From assembly GCA_963765895.1 (NCBI GenBank), contig CAVXZB010000048.1, forward strand, positions 32,001-96,000: a DNA stretch of 64,000 nucleotides. Direction: 5' to 3'. The position numbers and the translations under genes were made by a program. Of this stretch, positions 57,005 through 64,000 are shown piece after piece (positions within the stretch are counted from its first letter, which is position 1; every line of letters begins with the position of its first letter). The DNA is from an uncultured Nitrososphaeraceae archaeon. GTDB taxonomy: Archaea; Thermoproteota; Nitrososphaeria; Nitrososphaerales; Nitrososphaeraceae. The notes under the pieces are model-generated. The model did no database searches and had not been told where the DNA came from. It worked only from the letters and a program-made list of their open reading frames with translations.

Positions 57005-57305
57005 TATATATCATTCCCTCATCTTCACTATGAAAAGCTAGTAAGCAACAGAAATAAGCTATTTACAATTTATGAAGCAACAATTGTATATTTCTATCTC
57101 CTAATATTCCTAGTATATATCAAAGCCATGAATCATGTCCAGAATACTCGAACTTGGTAGTTCAGTTTCAAGTTGAACACCATATATAATAGGGAACAGC
57201 ATTAGTCAAAGTAGTTATTGATCTCGTAGCATAGGGATTTTATATTGACATCGAGCACTGTTCCGAGATATTTACGTGGATTCCTATTCAAATCTATTTA
57301 AATGA

Positions 57306-57927
57306 TTGTGTTTGGGATTAATAAAGTGTTCAGAAAAAACACAAAAGCTGAGAAAAAGATTCTTTGTCTGTCTTACAGGAATGCCTGGGGCTGGCAAATC
57401 CTCAGTTGCAGATTCACTTAAAGAAAGGGGATTTTATGTAATATCTATGGGCGATGTTGTACGAGACGAGGCCAGATTACAAAATATGGAGCTCACAGAT
57501 ACCAACTTGGGCAATCTAATGTTAAAACTAAGAAAGGAAATGGGACCGGGCGCCATATGCTCATCTTATCATAAAGAAGACGAGCTGTGAAGATAAGAAC
57601 TTGAGTAAAATTGTTATCATTGACGGTATTCGGAGTATTCATGAAGTTGAGATATTAAAGGATATTGGTAATGTTAAATTACTAGCTATCCACGCATCAG
57701 CAGATACAAGATTTAAACACATTAAACAGAGGGTAAGATCAGACAAACCTTTGAACGAGGAAGATTTTGTCGTACGAGATAAGCGCGAATTAACAGTAGG
57801 TATCAGTGAAGCGATTGCTTTATCTGATGAATCCATATCCAATAACAATTTAACAATAGAGGAATTGAAAGAAAAGGCATATGAAATAATCCAGAAATGG
57901 ATTAGTATGAATGACGCTGAACAATAA
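57306..57927 (+). CDS. Archaeal CoaE-like (UPF0200) P-loop kinase; one +1 frameshift near 57557
   Basis: TGMPGAGKS, SMGDVVR, IDGIRS, RDKRELTVG. Confidence 0.85.
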
Positions 57928-57971
57928 CTAAATAACTAAATATTTCAATCAGACAGATAGAATTGTAATAA

Positions 57972-58850
57972 GAACCTATCCGAAAACTCCTCCTCTTCTG
58001 TAAGTGATCCAAGCACAAGCAAAATGTAACATTGCAATATGATTCTCCACCTTTTTCTCCCATCTAATTAACAACCGTCTAAACCTGTTCATCCAAGAAT
58101 GGGTTCTTTCAACAACCCAATGTCTAGCTTTGTATCCAGGTATAACAATTCGTATACTTCCGGAAAGTCGTAACCCTTGTCAAGACACATGTACTGCTTA
58201 AATCTGATTGTTGGCTCAGGTCTATAGATTACTATGCTCTGAAGTGTTGCTTTACTCATTTTCATGTCATGTCTATTAGCACCATCTATAGATACGCCAA
58301 TAGGAACTCCTTTACCATCTACCAATACACTACGCTTAGTACCCTATTTACTTCTGTCTGTGGGATTTGGTCGTGTGCTTTTTTCCCCCAAGAGGTGCTT
58401 TTGTAATAACACCATCCATAGCCTGCCATTTCCAGTCTATTCTATTAGTATTATCATACATACACTGACAATCCATCGATCCACATACGTTTGAATACAC
58501 CTGCTTTCCTCCACTCCTGGAATCTATCATGTACTGGTACCTTGAAGCACCAAGACTTCTTGGTAGAGCATTCCACTGACAGCCTGTACGTAGGATGTAG
58601 AAAATAGCACCCATAGCCTTTCTGTCATCCATTCTTGGACGACCAGTCTTTTTCTTCCTAGGTATTGATGGTGACCGTAGCAATGCAATGATCCTATCCC
58701 ATATAACGTCAGGTAGGGAGTACCAGAAATCAACTCCTGTGTCCTCTGATATCAATACATCTCAAAGGAAATGCAGTACAGCTTAGCTTTATCGATTAAA
58801 GGCAGTTTGCATATAACTCAATTAAAATCAACTACTTTTCTGATAGGTTC
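57972..58850 (-). mobile_element. IS5-family insertion sequence (879 bp) with degenerate transposase
   Basis: 15-bp IRs GAACCTATC(C/A)GAAAA, TAA on both flanks, and motifs GRPRMDDR, LRTGCQW, AMDG, DKGYD, VVERTHSW. Confidence 0.92.
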
Positions 58851-59299
58851 TAAGTAGTATTTGTTTATTTGATATTTTACTAATTTCAAGTCTTTCATTT
58901 ACTTATTGTTACTGGTAGTATATAATTTTATTTTCATCGTCTCAAAATCCAGATTCATAATATCTTACTAGAAATATGTATCCTTAATATTTGGATATTC
59001 AGGTTGAATTCGTTCGTTATTCAAGATACTATTTAGTATACGAATTACAATATATACAATCATAGAGTACAACTCAACTCTTGTAATTGTTACTCACAGC
59101 AAATTGATTAGGATAACGTTACAAAATAAAATAGACCTACAATCATTATATACAACCAGTCTTGAATTATTAACCATAACGAACTAATTATTTTAAGAAT
59201 ACTAAATTATATATTCCATATATAAGAGTTTATGATTCATATAACCAACATACTGGCCTAAATGTTGATTTTTAGTGAAGATGAGTGGCAAGCCCTGAA

Positions 59300-59981
59300 C
59301 AACGTCTGTGATAGATTGGGAGAGGAGCATTTCTAATACTCGTTTCTGCAGATCTAGGATTAGAATAGTAGATTGTATTTGCTAGGATAATCTATAAAGC
59401 TTAGGGGTAACTCTAAACTAACAGCACCTCGCAAAGCGTTAGGGTCAGCCAAAGATTGTGTGAGATTTATTGATTTTAATATTTTATAAATACCTGTTGA
59501 TGACAGCTGATAAAGATATCCACTTAATTTTCCTGAGGCAACTACTACATAAAGATCATAATCAGCTCCATTGTATCCTGTCTTTGTATTGTAATCAGCA
59601 TCAATGAGCATTCCATAACTAATCTTTCTGAATGGTTGATTATAGACAGGAGCAGAAGAATTTTCAAAACCCGAAGCCAACCAAATTGTGGCATTTAGAA
59701 TTTTTCCATCACTGATATAATTAACTGCTAGAAATATCCGTATAATTAGATTTGAGATGTGCATCACTATTACCATAAGCTTGAATCCAATGACGATTTT
59801 CATTAGTTATTTCTTGAAGACCAAAAGAAGGTGATAAAGGAGGAGCTTGTTTATAAAAAGGATCCAAGGATAACAATAATAACAAAATAATGATCACAAT
59901 AATCGGACTAATAAAAAAATAATTTTTCGATTTGTGTTTGCACATTAGCTTATCTAATGATCTAAATTGCTTGAGAGGCAA
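59300..59981 (-). pseudogene. N-terminal half of a secreted/membrane-anchored protein, frameshifted and truncated
   Basis: TM segment, QEITNENRHW, then LAVNYISDGKILNATIWL, YGMLIDAD, YPSKYNLLF*. Confidence 0.65.
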
Positions 59982-60939
59982 ATAAAAAACTTTTCAATAT
60001 AATCTAGTATTATTGGAAGTACATTTTGCTAACGCCAATAAATCAGTACGTCGCGTAGACTACAATAATAAAACGTAGTGCCAATAATCAGAACTTATGC
60101 TTGTACAAATTGGCGTTGGATGGTCATACAAATAGACATGATAAACAGAGAATTTATTTTCAATTAACTTGACCGGATGCTAATTTCATGCTAACTCCAT
60201 ATATACACCATATTTATCATTGCTACCAATTAATACTTTGTAAACGTATAAAGCTTAAGTATTCTATACGTATTAAAAAACAGCTATAGAATAATAAATT
60301 CATAGGTGGGTTAAAACAAAGGCATATAGAGTTGTACATACACAATACTTGCTTGCTTAACAAACATCACTACATCATTTGGAAAATTATATGAAAATAA
60401 TACTACACGATAAGATGCAATAGTAGAAAAAGTTAAAACTTATCTTGTGAAAGTTTACTTAGTGACCTTCAATGACCTAAGGAAGAGAGGTAATCTAGAA
60501 GTATCACAACCTATGCTATATGAGAGACTTCAGAAGAGATGCTTCTGGATTAGGAATATTGAAGAGCATAGGCAAAAGATATTAGCCCTCCAATAATGAG
60601 AGGCGTAGGTAGCCCAAGAGCCATAGCTCCTACAGCCATTAGTATACTATTTCTAGTATATGATATACAGCAGAATCGTATAAGTCCAATGAAGTTAGAC
60701 AATTTACTAGCTTGGTAAATATTCCTCCACCCAAGCAATATAATGATAAGACAGGGACAAGAGCAGATAATTCCGGCTAGGATAAAATCAACTACGGGCT
60801 TTTCTAATGATGTTATTAATATAACTCTAGCCAGTAACAATAACAAATAATAATAATAATAATAATAATTATGATACAGCCTCAGGCTTTAACTCAAGTA
60901 ATTTGCATATAACTATAGAAAGAAACCAGCCACCTTTAT

Positions 60940-61311
60940 TTAGGATAGTTGTTCCTCAACAAACACCTTTAGGTATTTACACAATACCTCTGATTGTAAC
61001 AATACGCGAACCATCTATCGCCACACTAACAAAGCCAATATCCAATATCTATTAACACGACACGTGGAGCAGTAGATCCTGAGTTTGAACTATCTAAAAA
61101 ATATCCAACAGTTAGTTATCTAACCAAGCCAATAAACTTTACAGTATCAGTAATAACACCTATGAGTATTAGCGAACAATTTAAAGACTTTTGGGGAACA
61201 TATGGACAATTCATAGGATTATTTGCAGGCGGATTTGTTGGAGCATACGCTAAAATGCTGTTTGATAAAAGAAAAAAGAGGCATGAAGAGAATGAAGGAA
61301 GAAAGGATTAA
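60940..61311 (+). pseudogene. C-terminal fragment of a membrane-anchored protein
   Basis: PLGIYTIPLIVTI...TVSVITPMSISEQFKDFWGTYGQFIGLFAGGFVGAYAKMLFDKRKKR*. Confidence 0.6.
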
Positions 61312-61622
61312 TTTGCTGACATGTCTTTTCCAATATTCAGATATTAGTGATCATAGCAATATTCTCCATCTTCTAAAATCGAACAGTTCGTTAGGGACCA
61401 CCTCATTTGATCAACACTCCCTTCAAGGAAACGCAATCTACTCTTGCAGATCAATTTTATAGGGCTTTGATAATATTCGAAAACTTTGTATCAGAGGTTA
61501 CCAGATGCTTGTAAATCCACATAGCAGAATTAGTAATAGTGCATAGAATATAGAAGAATCTGGAGATTTCAAGATTTTGTATTGGGAATACAAAATCTTT
61601 TTTTTAATGAACAAAATATGGA

Positions 61623-61916
61623 TTAAAAAGTGTGGTAATCAGATTTTTGTGCCTCTTTACCAGATTTAATAACTAGGGTTAGATCCTCCATTCGATTATA
61701 TATTTGCAATAGACGCATACCTTTATCGGTTGTTCTATAGAAACGATTGCCTTCTTCGTGTCCTAATAAGCCATTTTCAAGTAGAAGTGTCACATACTCC
61801 TTTAACTGTGCAAACGATAAGAATGCTTTGTACATCAACTTTGATTTATTAGCCCCACCTCCATTCGCGGCCTCAAGTATCAATTTAACTATGTCAGTTC
61901 TACTTCTGTATTTCAT
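61623..61916 (-). CDS. Winged-helix transcriptional regulator
   Basis: MKYRSRTDIV..IL, KSKLMYKAFLSFAQLKEY..LLLENGLL, YRTTDKG. Confidence 0.9.
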   Translation of the reverse strand: MKYRSRTDIVKLILEAANGGGANKSKLMYKAFLSFAQLKEYVTLLLENGLLGHEEGNRFYRTTDKGMRLLQIYNRMEDLTLVIKSGKEAQKSDYHTF

Positions 61917-62124
61917 AATAGAATCAACTAGTAGAATGGAAAACGGGTATTTATGGGAAGCTTATATTAGTACTAAAATTATTTAGCTATTTTATCGATC
62001 ATAAATATTTGATCGTACAAGTGATCATTGTACTGAAGCTGGTGTACATTTTTACATGTTTAGTATTTTGACTTCAGATTGTTGGAGTTGTATAACTCAA
62101 GAAAATGTAGAGTAATAAGCGTAA

Positions 62125-64000
62125 TCAATCCATAAATTCCATTAACGTTGATTGTTCTTTTTTCTCTTCTTTGAAGGTCAGTTTCAATTCTGTCATCAAG
62201 GATTCTATTCTACTTTGAAGGTAATCATTCATTTTAAATTGATTACACATATTTACAGCAATATCCATGTATTTTTCTACTGATCCGCGGGTAACTGTTT
62301 GTAATAATTCATTATCACATCTAATACATCTACCAATAAGTGGCACTCTACGATATTTCTCTCCACAATAACTACATCTAAAACCTTGTGAAGAATACGA
62401 TCTCATATTACCCATAATATCAGGCAATATATGTGTAGTCAGTACCATTGATACCACTTCATCAGTATCTACTGCATTAATCAACTTTGCAGTTGCGATT
62501 TGCATATCCAATTTTTCATCCATAGTATTAAGAGTTGAGTATGCACTACGAGATACACTAGTTGTCAAAAAGTCTGTAATATGTGTAAACAAATAATCAA
62601 AGAACTGATTTTCCTTTCCAATCCTGTTTTTTACCGTCTCTATTTTAGAGACAAAGTCTCCAGCTTTGCCTCGTTTCCATGTAGCCTCATAGAATTCTAA
62701 TGGATAGATTTGAGAGATATCCAGGTTATGAGCCTGTCTTTGTACTTCATATGGCAATACTGTTGGTTGAATCAATAATGGAGCATCCATAAGACCACCA
62801 ATCTTATCAGGCAAAAAATCATTTGAGAAATTTAAGAAAGCATCCATCAATAGCATTATAGAATCTGCGTCACCATCACAATCCCTACGTTTTGCAGAAT
62901 GCCAGATTGGAGATGCCAAGCATACTTGAGAATTGGTAAAACCAATAATTCTTCCGACTATGCCTACGGATGTATGTGGCGCCAATCCAACAACAAGTTG
63001 GCCTATTAGATCATAAATAGAGGATGCGTTATAACAAGGCTCTAAATGATATATTTTTACAAGTTCTTCATCTACAAATTTGGCTACATTGAGTAGATGT
63101 TTGGCGCAATCAATAGGTATTACGACATCTTGCATTAATAGTTCAGCCAGTTGGTTTGGGGAAATCAATTCATGATCAAGATAATCTCTAGTATATCCCA
63201 AATCCTTCAGTTTTTCTATGTCAGTCATTATCCATTTGGGTTTGAAGTGAGTCAATGGTTCATTTGTTGCATCGAATCTGACAGTGCCATCCTTAAAAGT
63301 ATATATACTATGTTTTTTTCTCAAAATTCCTTTTTCCAATGGTTCTGCAGCCTTATCCTTACTCATAAGCATCTTAACTCCTTTCAGCGGCTCAGATACT
63401 TTGATACCAAGCTTTTGTTGTGCTTTTTCAATCACTACTTTTAGCGGATAGCTAACTGGGGAATAAGTTCTACAATCTTTACCACATCTACGACATCGCA
63501 TTCTACTCGAATTCTCAGTAACTTCCTCTTTACAAACTATACATAAATTCCGTATTGGAGTATCTGCACCACATTTACTGCAACTTATACCAGTAGACGG
63601 AAGTTTGCAGTTAATACAATATCTGTTTGCAATTTCTGCATAAAATGATTGATCCTTCAATGCTTTCAGAAGATCGCGTGTTGCACCGCCTTTAGATCCG
63701 ACAGGAAAGAGTACATGAACAGGAGGTTTCATTTTACGTTCAGCGGCTTTTTCAGGGCGGCCCACTCTTACTGCAATCGAGGAAGCAAATTTTGGCATAA
63801 CTGTGACACCAGAGATCTTAGACACAAATTCAGTTGCATTTTTTGTATACTCTATATTATTCCTAATAGAAGAGATCGGATTTTTCGTTTTATTTGTCTT
63901 AAAAAGCAATAGATTTTTTAGAGAATAGATTTGCTCCAAGTCATTGATCACTAAGATCGTATTCCTTATTGAATGATCAACTCCAAGTCGCTCCAAAATG
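62125..64000 (-). CDS. polC: DNA polymerase D large subunit DP2 (5' end outside the window)
   Basis: RVGRPEKA, FKDGTVRFDATN.PLTHF, GLAPHTS, KRRDCDGDAD, GGLMDAPL and a C-terminal Zn finger. Confidence 0.97.
   Translation of the reverse strand, partial: ILERLGVDHSIRNTILVINDLEQIYSLKNLLLFKTNKTKNPISSIRNNIEYTKNATEFVSKISGVTVMPKFASSIAVRVGRPEKAAERKMKPPVHVLFPVGSKGGATRDLLKALKDQSFYAEIANRYCINCKLPSTGISCSKCGADTPIRNLCIVCKEEVTENSSRMRCRRCGKDCRTYSPVSYPLKVVIEKAQQKLGIKVSEPLKGVKMLMSKDKAAEPLEKGILRKKHSIYTFKDGTVRFDATNEPLTHFKPKWIMTDIEKLKDLGYTRDYLDHELISPNQLAELLMQDVVIPIDCAKHLLNVAKFVDEELVKIYHLEPCYNASSIYDLIGQLVVGLAPHTSVGIVGRIIGFTNSQVCLASPIWHSAKRRDCDGDADSIMLLMDAFLNFSNDFLPDKIGGLMDAPLLIQPTVLPYEVQRQAHNLDISQIYPLEFYEATWKRGKAGDFVSKIETVKNRIGKENQFFDYLFTHITDFLTTSVSRSAYSTLNTMDEKLDMQIATAKLINAVDTDEVVSMVLTTHILPDIMGNMRSYSSQGFRCSYCGEKYRRVPLIGRCIRCDNELLQTVTRGSVEKYMDIAVNMCNQFKMNDYLQSRIESLMTELKLTFKEEKKEQSTLMEFMD

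Noticed and set aside
60550-60870. Hydrophobic 98-aa ORF and (TAA)n tract
   Set aside because: The start lies in a low-complexity tract and no family is recognisable; support is too weak.
22068-63912. Antisense or overlapping ORFs (e.g. 22068, 25073, 41874, 46614, 53634, 54114, 55119, 63151, 63649)
   Set aside because: They lie opposite well-supported genes and have no independent motifs.
62125-64000. Possible intein in PolD DP2
   Set aside because: The region around HSAKRRDCDGD is continuous and no intein motifs are visible in this part.

Overview
AT-rich archaeal DNA, most consistent with a soil ammonia-oxidising archaeon (Nitrososphaerota). The basis is the PolD large subunit at the right end plus protein families I associate with that lineage. 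The right end (~52-64 kb) looks like core chromosome: an ADH-ALDH-patatin operon, a CoaE-like kinase, a winged-helix regulator and polC. The left ~40-48 kb is a fragmented accessory zone that starts at a tyrosine integrase. There, isolated stress, detox and secreted-protein genes alternate with recurring remnants of the same few genes (integrase C-termini, a PriX-like protein, a SWIM protein) and with about 15 co-oriented, degenerate copies of a modular ~250-bp non-coding element. The GC palindrome (G)GCGCGC(C) is strongly enriched in this zone and sits at several junctions. The leading hypothesis, which is inference, is an integrase-associated gene-capture or repeated-integration platform. 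Two IS5-family elements with visible inverted repeats and target duplications are present. I recognised no rRNA, tRNA or CRISPR array. Several frameshifts are single +1 insertions and may be sequencing errors. Family names come from motif recognition by eye, not from database searches.
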